64,000 bases of DNA. Origin: Octopus sinensis (taxonomy: Eukaryota). Positions 25,710 through 37,270 of the stretch are shown here, piece by piece (position 1 is the first letter of the stretch; each line of letters begins with the position of its first letter). The translations under genes and the position numbers were made by a program. A model generated the notes under the pieces. It saw nothing but the letters and a program-made list of their open reading frames with translations, had not been told where the DNA came from and ran no database searches. The DNA is taken from the NCBI RefSeq assembly GCF_006345805.1, contig NC_043018.1, positions 22,134,001-22,198,000 on the forward strand, in the 5' to 3' direction.

Positions 25710-25932
25710 GTGTGTGTGTGTTTTGTGTGTCTGTGTTTGTCCCCCTAGCATTGCTTGACAACCGATGCTGGTGTGTTTACGTCTCCGTCACTTAGCGGTT
25801 CGGCAAAAGAGACCGATAGAATAAGTATTGGGCTTACAAAGAATAAGTCCTGGTATCGATTTGCTCGACTAAAGGCGGTGCTCCAGCATGGCCGCAGTCA
25901 AATTACTGAAACAAGTAAAAGAGTAAAAGAGT
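25521..25932 (+). mobile_element. B-type SINE, near full length
   Basis: TGGCTGTGTGG A-box-like, GGTTCAGTCCC B-box-like, CTTGGGCAAGT, internal (TA)n(TG)n, (GTAAAAGA)2 tail. Confidence 0.92.
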
Positions 25933-26989
25933 ATACCAAACAATCTGTCACTTGACGGGTAGGTAATAATAGACTAAAAACTAATGTAAGAAATTGTTAA
26001 ATCATAGACTCTGAGAGATATCATCTTTGTCTTCTTTAAAATTCACTTACGGATACTTCAAGTTTCTTAAAAAAAAATTTCAAGTTCAAATTTAAGCTAA
26101 TATTTCTAAAGTTGTCATAACTGGAAAGTTGTTATCGCTTTGTTTCCATTACGCATATCGACTGCATAAATGTGTACGTGTTTGAGCGAATGTTTATGTG
26201 AGTTCAATAATTCTGTCCACGCTTTCCCACTTCTGTGTGATTTATTATCGTTTATAGTAATGATAAATCACCAATAACTTTGCATAAGTTATATAATAAA
26301 CATATCACATATTCGAGTTTCGCCAAGAGATTAGCAAAGAAAAAACAAACCAGAGTGAAATCTAACATGGCTGCCATGCTATGTTTACAGATATGCGTAA
26401 TATCCTTTAAGTTGCTTACATTACTCTTATCGATGTCGTTGCTGCTACTGTTGTTGGCAAAGTAAATAATTGTGGTATAAATTGGATGAACTATTAAGAC
26501 ATAATGAGATTCAGATAGTGTCATATTTATGCATCGTTCTCTAGATTTTTTTGAGTGATTCAAGTAAATATTAGTTTCTGCTACAAGAAATTAAAAAAAA
26601 ATATATTGCAATATCCTGGTATTTGCTTACATGAATGTCGTACGTTTGGAGAGTAGCAGTGACTGTGTTTTGCGCTAGTAACGCTGCCGACATGATGTTT
26701 TCTCGTATGAAACTCTGTTTAATGTCGGTGGTATATCTACAGTTGTGAGGCTGTTACTTATCTTCATATTGATTGGACTGTATAGTTCCTCCAATCGCAC
26801 ATAAAAATAAAATGAATAACATATAGGTTTCAAAAAAATTGCCTTAATGGATTTTATTTCTTTTAACCTATTATATTTATCTCAACACTCTCATATATTT
26901 GTGTGTGTGTGTGTGTGTAGGTCTATATGTATTTGTACACGAATGTGTGTACGTATATATTGGTATATAATGCATATATAATATACATC

Positions 26990-27720
26990 AATATCCATAT
27001 ATATATATATATATATATTATGTATATATATATGTATATATATATGTATATATATATATATATGTATTGTATAAAAGATTATTATACATATATATATATA
27101 TATGTATATATATATGTATATATATATATATATGTATTGTATAAAAGATTATTATACATATATATATATATATGTATATATATATGTATATATAATATAT
27201 ATGTATTGTATAAAAGATTATTATACATATATATATATATATGTTATATATATGTATATATATATATATATATGTATTGTATAAAAGATTATTATACATA
27301 TATATATATATATGTATATATATATGTATATATATATATATATGTATTGTATAAAAGATTATTATACATATATATATATATGTGTATATATATATGTAAT
27401 ATATATATATATGTATTGTATAAAAGATTATTATACATATATATATATATATATGTATTATATATATGTATATATATAGTATATATATATATATATATGT
27501 ATTGTATAAAAGATTATTATACATATATATATATATATATGTATATATATATGTATATATATATGTATATATATATATATATATATGTATTGTATAAAAG
27601 ATTATTATACATATACACATATATATTTATGCATTCTTTGTGTATGTATATATATATATATACATTTGACTATATATGTATACATTTGTGTGTGTATATA
27701 TGTATATATATATATGTACA
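26990..27720. repeat. AT-rich minisatellite, ~70-bp unit, 8 core copies
   Basis: Constant core GTATTGTATAAAAGATTATTATACA at ~27064, 27134, 27203, 27274, 27344, 27413, 27499, 27587, separated by variable (TA)n/TATG. Confidence 0.93.
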
Positions 27721-28131
27721 CACATACATGTATATAAATTTTTGCTTTTCTGCATTAATATAGTTGAGAGACAGCCTAACTTGAATTGAAGAGTCATTCA
27801 ATACATTACAGTAGAGTATGACATTTGGAAGTTGCACTCGTCAGTCTTAGAGTCGACAATGAGCTGGAACTTCGATGTCACTGTCAACCTATTCCTTACA
27901 TAAATAACATTTGCAATAACTTTCTTGGTAGTCTAACAGAACACAACATTAAATTAAAAGATTATTGAAAATAAGTAGAATATCTTAGTTTTGCAAATCT
28001 TCTTCAGCTAATACCGTGGGTTTCATTAAATTAGGCTTGGATTTGATTAAATTAGATTAAATTATCAATGATAAACTGATTCATGTTTCACTAGTCTTGG
28101 TTACTACTCTTCTCATCTCCATAACTGGTTT

Positions 28132-28731
28132 CGGCGAGCTGGCAGAAACGTTAGCACGTCGGGCGAAATGCTTAGCGGTATTTCGTCTGCCGTTACGTTC
28201 TGAGTTCAAATTCCGCCGAGGTCGACTTTACCTTTCATCCTTTCGGGGTCGCTAAATTAAGTACCAGTTACGCACTGGGGTCGATGTAATCGACTTAATA
28301 CCTATGTCTGTCCTTGTTTGTCCTCTCTATGTTTAGCCCCTTGTGGGTAATAAAGAAATGGGTATTTCGTCCGTCGCTGCGTTCTGAGTTCAAATTCCGC
28401 CGAGGTCGACTTTACCTTTCATCCTTTCGTGGTCGATAAATTAAGTACCAGTTACGCACTGGGGTCGATGTAATCGACTTAATACCTATGTCTGTCCTTG
28501 TTTGTCCTGTCTGTGTTTAGCCCCTTGTGGGTAATAAAGAAATGGGTATTTCGTCCGTCGCTGCGTTCTGAGTTCAAATTCCGCCGAGGTCGACTTTACC
28601 TTTCATCCTTTCAGGGTCGATAAATTAAGTACCAGTTACGCATTGGGGTCGATGTAATCGACTTAATACCTATGTCTGTCCTTGTTTGTCCTTTCTATGT
28701 TTAGCCCCTTGTGGGTAATAAAGAAATGGGT
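28132..28731 (+). mobile_element. C-type SINE, trimer
   Basis: Unit starts at 28177, 28361, 28545, 28729 (184-bp period); possible short TSD GGTTTC. Confidence 0.92.
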
Positions 28732-30756
28732 TTCATTTTCGACGATTCCGTTCCAACATGTTCTGGTATATCTCCGATTGGATTAGATTTGGTTCTTTTA
28801 GCGACCTATTTTAGAGATTTTATATTCGATTGTGAGTGCTTTTCTAACCTAGTGATACCAATGAGAACCAATCTGCCTATCATCCAAACTGAGCCGCCAC
28901 CAAACATGCAATACATTTCAACACCTCCATCTTAAAACGTTCCTGATAAATAATCTCGCTATCCCGTTCTGGTTACTTTGGATCAGGCATGTATTTAACT
29001 GCAACGGGGGCGGGAGAGAAATAGGATTTCCTTTCATTAGACCGTATTCTTTGTAACCTAAGTTGGCGCCGAACCGGCTGAATCGTTACCACACCAACCA
29101 AAATGCTTAGCAGCATTTCTTTCGGCTCTTTACGTAGTGAGTTCTAACACTGCCGAGGTCGAGTTTACCTTTCATCGTTTCGGGGCCGATAAAACAAGGA
29201 TCTCCTTAGCATTGGAAGTGTTGTGATCGATTATCCCTCCTCTCAAAACAGCGAGACTTGTGCAAGACTTAGGATTATTCACAACAAAACTTATTTTTCA
29301 CAGGGGCAAAGTTCTTGAGAACAACCGAATCTTTTAATCTTATTAGCTTTGGAAAGCATCGAGTTCTTTCTTGTAATTCTACTTCATTCATATCTCTAAG
29401 GTCTTTCAATACTGATCTTACACAAAATGGCGACATTCCATAGAATTTGTAACCTCTCTAACAGCTGCCAGTTGATGCTTAATAACTTATCTCTTATTTG
29501 CCTTCGCTGCTTTCTCAGGATCTTTCGGCAATTTCCTAGATTTCTTCTTTCACTCAGAAGTGTCCTTCAATCTACCGTTGGATTCTGCTAGTAACTGTTT
29601 GGTTATTAATACGGAAAGACCCGTGGCACTTCTCCATTGATCTTTTCCTCAGCTGATAGCAGTCGAAAACTTTCTCTTGTTTTAGTTCATTAGCTTTTCC
29701 TCAATGGCTTTTGTTGTATTTTATCAAATTAAACTTACGATTAATCCAGAATAAAAAAAAATACAATCAAAATCAAATGGATTTGCAAGTAAGAGAAAAT
29801 ATATCTAAATATAAAAAATAGGGAATATAAGTCGACGAGTGGTCAATAACATTTTAATAAGCCATGGTGTGTGTGGGGGGATCAGAGGAAGCAATAGGAC
29901 GTTGTATGAACACTCCACTGTTAGTGAACTATTTCTTATAGAAGAGGCAGCTCTAAGCTAATGAAGGGGATTATATAACTCCTGTTCTCTTGTCATTTAA
30001 TTACGTTCAGTACTCGCCTAACGCTTTTCTTTAAAACATATGGAGTTCTAAGAACTGGTTATTAGTTTTGCTATCCCTAAACGAAATTAAACACACACAC
30101 ATACACACATATATATAAAGAGAGAGAGAAAGTGAGTCTGAAAACAGGTGATATTCATTGCTTGGAAGTACATACACCCGTTTCATCAAAATGCCCGATA
30201 TATACTGCAGGACACTGACGAACTCGAGTGCAAGACTACATAATGTTTATACAACTGTTATGTAATTATTTCGATGTTTTGCTGAAACGCGTGTACGTCC
30301 AATAGGGCATTGAGTACCATACCCGTTTTCCGTTTTATTATTAGGCTAGTGTGCAGAATACGAGCCAGTCTCAAGGTTGATGCCCCGCATCGTACTATAC
30401 TGGAATGGAGAGTGAACCTCACTACCGAGCCCGTTATTTGGTTATGGGTCACACGGTGCCCTTTTTAGGTACATGCATTTGATAATCTTTTTGAAAGGAC
30501 CAACTGTAAATCTTTCGAAAGGATGAACCGTCAATACACATATTAATAGCATCGAATTAAAAACATAAATATGCTCATGCGTATAAAAATCTCCCGAGTG
30601 TTGTTATATCAATTATACAATCTCTAAGGCTTGGAATAATTTATCCTTAATTTTTCAGCCTATGGACATCCCCCACCACTTTAAAATCAGATTACGCTAA
30701 AACTAGTGCTATCCAATGTATATCTAGCAATGTCGCTATTAGGTATGTGTTATGAA

Positions 30757-31172
30757 GGCGGCGAGCTGGCAGAATCGTTAGCACGCCGGGCGAAATGCTT
30801 AGCGTATTTCGTCTGCCGTTACGTTCTGAGTTCAAATTCCGCCGAGGTCGACTTTGCCTTTCATCCTTTCGGGATCGATTAAATAAGTACCAGTTACGCA
30901 CTGAGGTCGATATAATCGACTTAATCTGTCTGTCTGTCCTTGTTTTTCCCCTCTGTGTTTAGCCCCTTGTGGGTAGTAAAGAAATAGGTATTTCGTCTGC
31001 CGTTACGTTCTGGGTTCAAATTCTGCCGAGGTCGACTTTGCCTTTCATCCTTTCGGGGTCGATTAAATAAGTACCAGTTACGCACTGGGGTCGATATAAT
31101 CGACTTAATCCGTTTGTCTGTCCTTGTCTGTCCCCTCAGTGTGTAGTCCCTTGTGGGCAGTAAAGAAATAAG
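30757..31172 (+). mobile_element. C-type SINE, dimer with chimeric 3' flank
   Basis: Head + 2 units; second unit and downstream flank match 35455-35688. Confidence 0.88.
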
Positions 31173-31855
31173 AAACCGTAAGAAGCCTGTTCGTATAAGC
31201 GCGCGCGTGTGTGTGTGTGTGTGAGTGTAGCTGTGTTTGTCCCTCACCACCAATTAACAACCGGTGTCGCTTTGTTTACAACTTAATTGCTCGACAAATG
31301 AAACCGATAACATTAATACCAAACTTTAAAACAGTAAATACCGGGGTCGATTTGTTCGATTAAATCCTTTCCGAGGTCGATAAATTAAGTACCAGTTACT
31401 TATTGGAGTCAATCTAATCGACTTGCCCCTTCCCCAAAAATGTCGGGCCTTGTGCCTAGAGTAGAAAAAAAAACTGACTTTGTTGAATCTCGGGAGGGTC
31501 ATTATGCCACTAATGAATGACAGAACGATTCATTAAGCAATCAATTAATTAATTGGTCAAATGTTAACGAATTGAGTAACGACAATATTTCTATAAAGCA
31601 GTGGTTCTCGAACCATTTTTTTGCCTATGGATCCCTTTGTTTCCAATTCTGTTTGGTTGAACCCTCCATTGCCATTCTACGAAAATAAAGAAATTCCTAT
31701 TATTTCGGATTTCTCTTCTCTTTTACTTGTTCCAGTCATTAGACTGCGGCCATGCTGGAGCACCGCCTTGAATTTTTAGTCGAACGAATGAATCCACGCC
31801 AGCACTTGTGGCTAGAGTAGAAAAGAATATTAGTTAATGTGTTATGTAGTACAGT

Positions 31856-32239
31856 GTGGAGGCGCAATGGCCCAGTGGTTAGGGCAGCGGACTCGCGGTC
31901 GTAGGATCGCGGTTTCGATTCCCAGACCGGGCGTTGTGAGTGTTTATTGAGCGAAAACACCTAAAGCTCCACGAGGCTCCGGCAGGGTTGGTGGTGATCC
32001 CTGCTGTACTCTTTCACCACAACCTTCTCTCACTCTTACTTACTGTTTCTGTTGTACCTGTATTTCAAAGGGCCGGCCTTGTCACTCTCTGTGTCACGCT
32101 GAATATCCCCGAGAACTACGTTAAGGGTACACGTGTCTGTGGAGTGCTCCGCCACTTACACGTTAATTTCACGAGCAGGCTGTTCCGTTGATCGGATCAA
32201 CCGGAACCCTCGTCGTCGTAACCGACGGAGTGCTTCCAC
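31856..32239 (+). mobile_element. A-type tRNA-derived SINE, full length
   Basis: Near-identical to 6267-6653; 12-bp TSD ATGTAGTACAGT. Confidence 0.95.
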
Positions 32240-33026
32240 ATGTAGTACAGTCACCCTCTTCTCTGTGAACCGATATATTACTACTACCATTTCACTTCGT
32301 CTATTTGTTCTCGTATTGATCTTCAATTCCAAATGATCTCAAAGACGAATGCATTGAACATCTATTGAACAGATTATTAAAATTTTCATTTTCCCCCACT
32401 CTCTGCTCTTTGTTGCCAGTTTAGAATATTAAATATTTTACTTTAATTATTTATTCAATAACATTCTACACGCACGCATACACACACATCGGATTCTATA
32501 CATTCCTTTAAAAATATATATATATTATTATTATTATTATTATTCCACTATATTCTCTGCTTTTTGCGTGTTGAGTTTTCTACTTATTAACACAATCGTT
32601 TGGCTTCTCGGCATTATTGTTCTTTCCCCGTAATCTCTTTTAGCATTCCAAAACTGAGACCGATTTCTTCCTAGTTTCATTAATAGAAACAACTCACTTC
32701 AGCCTTTGAGCTGGATTTGCATTTATTAATATTCATTCCCCATCGCGATAAGCATTTTTTTGTTTGTTTGTTTGTTTGATTTTTTTTTGCTATTTTAATA
32801 ATCTGGTATACACTGTAGAACTTGTAAATAAGTTTACACTAATTAGTTTTACTTCAGTCAGCAACAATACAAAGAAAGACTCGAAGGATTCTAAAAAATA
32901 TGAATCTTTTGTCGAACTTTCAACGAAGAGTAATTTCGTATCGAAGGCAAATGCTGCTGGGTTGGCCAAAAAGTGCATTCGCATTTTAAGTAAAAATAGA
33001 CAAGTTTTAAGCGCAAAGCGATTTAT

Positions 33027-33360
33027 TCAATCAGTGATATAATTACTGATTCTTTCAGTATTTTCTGCCATCTTTGTGCGCAGATCCATTATTTCTTGCT
33101 CAAAGAAATCCTTGTCTTTATTGGCGAAAACCACATCCTGGTGAATTTTTACTTACATCCTCTTCAGAGTTGAAAGTTTCTCTATTAAATGAATCTTGAA
33201 GAGACCAAAACTGGTGGAAATCTGAAGGTGCAAGGTGGGGCGAACGTGGAAGGTGTAGTTAAAACTTACCAGCCAAGTCCCAATAACATCTGCTGCGTCT
33301 ACATAAAAGGGCGCAGTCTGGCCTTGTAGTGATGGAAGACAATGACCTTACGATTAGCAA
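33027..33360 (-). pseudogene. 3' fragment of a second, different mariner transposase
   Basis: Minus strand reads LANRKVIVFHH..LLGLGW..LAPSDFH..SLQDSFN..FANKDKDFFEQEIM..RWQKIL..NYITD* with stops and frameshifts; cut at 33360 by a C-type SINE. Confidence 0.8.
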
Positions 33361-33492
33361 GTGCTTTGCCTTTCATTCTTTCGGGGTCGATAAATTAAGT
33401 ACCAGTTACGCACTGGGGTCGATGTAATTGACTTAATCCCTTTGTCTGTCCCCTCTATGTTTAGCCCTTTGTGGGCAATAAAGAAATAAGAA
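33361..33492 (+). mobile_element. 5'-truncated C-type SINE
   Basis: Unit sequence from CTTTGCCTTTCAT to the AAGAAATAAGAAAC tail. Older diverged C-like copies also occur at ~1400-1540, 1760-1870, 9120-9380, 10150-10530, 21370-21640, 29060-29260, 41520-42020, 52390-52960, 57920-58180 and 59330-59430. Confidence 0.8.
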
Positions 33493-33860
33493 ACTATATG
33501 GAAGACAGTGTGTGTGTGTATTGTATATGTTTGTGTTTGTGTTTACATCCCGGTAACTTAGCTGTTCAACAAAACAGACCGAAATAATAAGTATCACACA
33601 TAAAAATAAATGTCGGTATCGATTTGATCTACTGAAACCCGTCAAGGTGGTACCCCAGGGTTGTCGTAGCCCAATAACCGAAATAATTAAACCGATATAG
33701 ATTAAACGACAGAAAAGAAGGTAAATAAAGACGTTTGTTTTCCTGGGGGTGGGGAATAATCGATTACATCGACTCCAGTGTTTCACTGATACGTAATTCA
33801 CCTTTCGGGGCCGATGTAATCAACTAATTCCCTCCTAAAAATTTCAAGACTTATGCCTTC

Positions 33861-33893
<33 letters not shown>

Positions 33894-34079
33894 GGTGGTT
33901 GTCAGGTGGTGGTGGTGGTTGTCAGGTGGTGGATAGTTGTCAGCGCAGAAGAACCAAAACTTGACAACTTGCCTTAAGGTCAAGTCATTATCTCAGCTCT
34001 CTTTCCTTCCACAATAAGACCTCTTCTCCTGCAAAATCAACTGACTGTGGATTTGAGATGCTCTTTTGTTCTTTTACAT

Positions 34080-34680
34080 TTACTTCAGTCATTTGACTGC
34101 GGACATGCTGGAGCACCGCCTTTAGTCGAAACAAATCGACCCTAGGACTTATTCTTTGTAAGCCTAGTACTTATTCTATCGGTCTCTTTTGCCGAAGCGC
34201 TAAGTTACGGGGACGTAAACATACCAGCATCGGTTGTCAAGCGATGTTGGGAGGGGGGACAAACACAGACACATTTTTTTTACTTGTTTCAGTCATTTGA
34301 CTGCGGTCATGCTGGAGCACCGCCTTCAGTCGAACAAATCGACCCCTAGGACTTATTATTTGTAAGCCTAGTACTTATTCTATCGGTCTCTTTTGCCGAA
34401 GCGCTAATTAACGGGGACGTAAACACACCAGCATCGGTTGTCAAGCGATGTTGGTGGGGGGGGACAAACACAGACACATAAGCATATACACACATACACA
34501 CACATATACGTATATACGACGGGCTTCTTTCAGTTTCCGTCTACCAAATCCACTCACAAGGCTTTGGTCGGCCCGAGGCTATAGTAGAAGACACTTGCCC
34601 AAGGTGCCACGCAGTGGGACTGAACCCGGGACCATGTGGTTGGTAAGCAAGCTACTTACCACACAGCCACTCCTGCGTCT
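34080..34680 (-). mobile_element. B-type SINE with tandemly duplicated 3' half
   Basis: Two 3' halves (~34080-34277, ~34281-34478) precede a single 5' half (~34515-34680). Confidence 0.88.
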
Positions 34681-35270
34681 ATGTTGCTTCATTTTCAGAA
34701 ACTCCGTCGCATTGCTTTCGAAGAGTATTTTCAGTGAAAAAATTAATTAACAGTAAAAATAGTATTAATACTAATAAAGACGAAGGAAGACTATGGTTAA
34801 TTAGTTGCAGGGATAATTGAAATAAATCGCATGAATGGCGGTTATGCAAAGTAGTAATTTAAGTGCTGGTTTTAATTGGTGACATCAAAATAAGAGAACA
34901 CAGCATGCTATATTATAGATGGAATAGAAAACGGCAATTCTTGAAATCATTCCTACCTGAAAATAGTTTCCTAAATCGTTACCATGCTGACGAGCGCCGT
35001 GTAGGAAGATTTAAAGCAGTAGGCATGTCAGGAAAGGCAGGAGGAATGTTACAAGTTTCTTTCCTGTTGAATATACAACATTTATGACTAATTATTCGAT
35101 ACAAGCGCAGCTGTGCATGAGATGTTTAACAAACCTGCTTCCTAACCATGTGGTCTCGCATTCTGTCCCACTGCGTGACACTTTAAGCAAGTGTTGTATT
35201 CCACTATAGTCCTCAAGTGCCCGCAGCCTTGTGAGTGGGTTTTTTTGTCGGCAGAAACTGGAAGAAGCGG

Positions 35271-35497
35271 CGAGCTGGCAGAAACGTTAGCACGCCGGGC
35301 GAAATGCTTAGCGGTATTTCGTCTGCCGTTACGTTCTGAGTTCAAATTCCGCCGAGGTTGACTTTGCCTTTCATCCTTTCGGGGTCGATAAATTAAGCAC
35401 CAGTTACGCACTGAGGTCGATATAATCGACTTAATCCGTCTGTCTGTCCTTGTTTGTCCCCTCAGTGTGTAGTCCCTTGTGGGCAGTAAAGAAATAA
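35271..35497 (+). mobile_element. C-type SINE monomer inserted in an old B-type SINE
   Basis: TSD AGAAACTG(G/T)AAGAAG on both sides; the B halves continue at ~35110-35270 and ~35500-35720. Confidence 0.9.
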
Positions 35498-35759
35498 GAA
35501 ACTGTAAGAAGCCTGTTCGTATAAGCGTGTGTGTGGTGTGTGAGTGTAGCTGTGTTTGTCCCTCACCACCAATTAACAACCGGTGTCGCTTTGTTTACAA
35601 CTTAATTGCTCGACAAATGAAACCGATAACATTAATGCCAATCTTTAAAAAAGTAAATACCGGGGTCGATTTGTTCGATTAAATCCTTCAAGGCGGTGCT
35701 GCAGCATGGTCGCAGTCTAGTCACTAGAACAATTGAAAGGTTAAAGATGGCTATGTATA

Positions 35760-35925
35760 GGCGCAAGAGTGGCTGTGTGGTAAGTAGCTTGCTTACCAAC
35801 CACATGGTTCTGGGTTCAGTCCCACTGCGAGGCACCTTGGGCAAGTGTCTTCTACTATAGCCTCGGGCCGACCAAAACCTTGTGAATGGATTTGGTAGAC
35901 GGAAACTGAAAGAAGCCCGTCGTAT
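35760..35925 (+). mobile_element. 5'-half-only B-type SINE with TSD
   Basis: Ends at the internal microsatellite position; TATGTATAGGC repeated at 35752-62 and 35923-33. Confidence 0.85.
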
Positions 35926-36103
35926 GTATAGGCTTATTTCTATTTCCATCTGACAAATCCACTCATGAGGTATTGCCTAGCCCGTGGTTATAGTAGAAGA
36001 CACTTGCGAATAGGGACCACGCAGTGAAACTGAACTCGTAACGACGGTGTTGGGAAGGAACTTCTTATCACACAGCCATGCCCTACACTATATACACTCA
36101 CAT

Positions 36104-36490
36104 GTGTGGAAGCACTCCGTCGGTTACGACGACGAGGGTTCCGGTTGATCCGATCAACGGAACAGCCTGCTCGTGAAAGTAACGTGTAAGTGGCTGAGCA
36201 CTCCACAGACACGTGTACCCTTAACGCAGTTCTCGGGGATATTCAGCGTGACACAGAGAGTGACAAGGCCGGCCCTTTGAAGTACAGGTACAACAGAAAC
36301 AGGAAGAAAGAGTGAGAGAAAGTTGTGGTGAAAGAGTACAGCAGGGATCACCACCATCCCCTGCCGGAGCCTCGTGGAGCTTTAGGTGTTTTCGCTCAAT
36401 AAACACTCACAACGCCCGGTCTGGGAATCGAAACCGCGATCCTACGATCGCGAGTCCGCTGCCCTAACCACTGGGCCATTGCGCCTCCAC
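36104..36490 (-). mobile_element. A-type tRNA-derived SINE, full length
   Basis: Near-identical to other A copies; TSD ACACTCACAT; inserted at the 5' end of an old B copy. Confidence 0.95.
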
Positions 36491-37270
36491 ACTCACATAC
36501 ACACAGATCACTCTGTCAAAGACTATCCTCAGGCTTTCAACTGATATTATGCATATAATGTGTGCGTGTGTGTGTGTATTGCATTAATTTGAAAGGGAAA
36601 AGATTTTCAAATCTCAGAATAGAATTGTGTTAAAGTATTGACAGAAATAAAGGAGTGCTGTGATATGGAAAGAACTGGAAATGGTCTTTTACGGTAAAAA
36701 CTGTATGAAGCGAGAGTGGAATAAATTCTGACAGTAGCTTTTGATTTTTCTCATGACACACCACATTGTAGAAGTACTTTGTGTCTATTTACACACGCAC
36801 ACGTAATTACACTTGTAAATGTTTAATATGCATGTAAGTGCATTTACATATATAGTTATGCACTATATATATATATGATTTTGATGCGAATGGTTTTGTA
36901 ATACAGTGCTGGGTTTTACAATCCTGTAATTAATAATAATGGTATTTGTATAAACCTAAAGCTTATGGCAATCACCGTGCAATGACAAAGAAAAATAGTC
37001 TAATAATGGGGCATATAAGCCCTCGACAGAAAAAAAGTAGGATTCCTATCTGCGTGGGACACGAACTCACATCCCTTTGTTAACGCGACTGTGTTACTAT
37101 TACACGCGGATAGGAAAGCCTACTTTTTTCCCGCACCTGTCTTTGTCCTTTGTTTTCTGAAAATTTTAACTGTGTGTGTGTGTGTGTGTGTGTGTAGGTC
37201 TATGCAAAACTGTATATATATAGTTAAAGGTAATGCTATGCTACTTCATAATAACATTATTGTCAATATA

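Noticed and set aside
26367-26465. Signal-peptide-like MAAMLCLQICVISFKLLTLLLSMSLLLLLLAK with AACATGGCTGCC start and a possible GTAAAT donor
   Set aside because: Hydrophobicity comes from a degenerate (TTG/CTG) triplet run; weak donor; no partner exon found.
24410-28731. Regular repeat arrays (184-bp units; 25-bp core + variable spacer at 27 kb) as CRISPR
   Set aside because: Eukaryotic context, no cas genes, and the units are SINE bodies or have (TA)n 'spacers' rather than unique ones.
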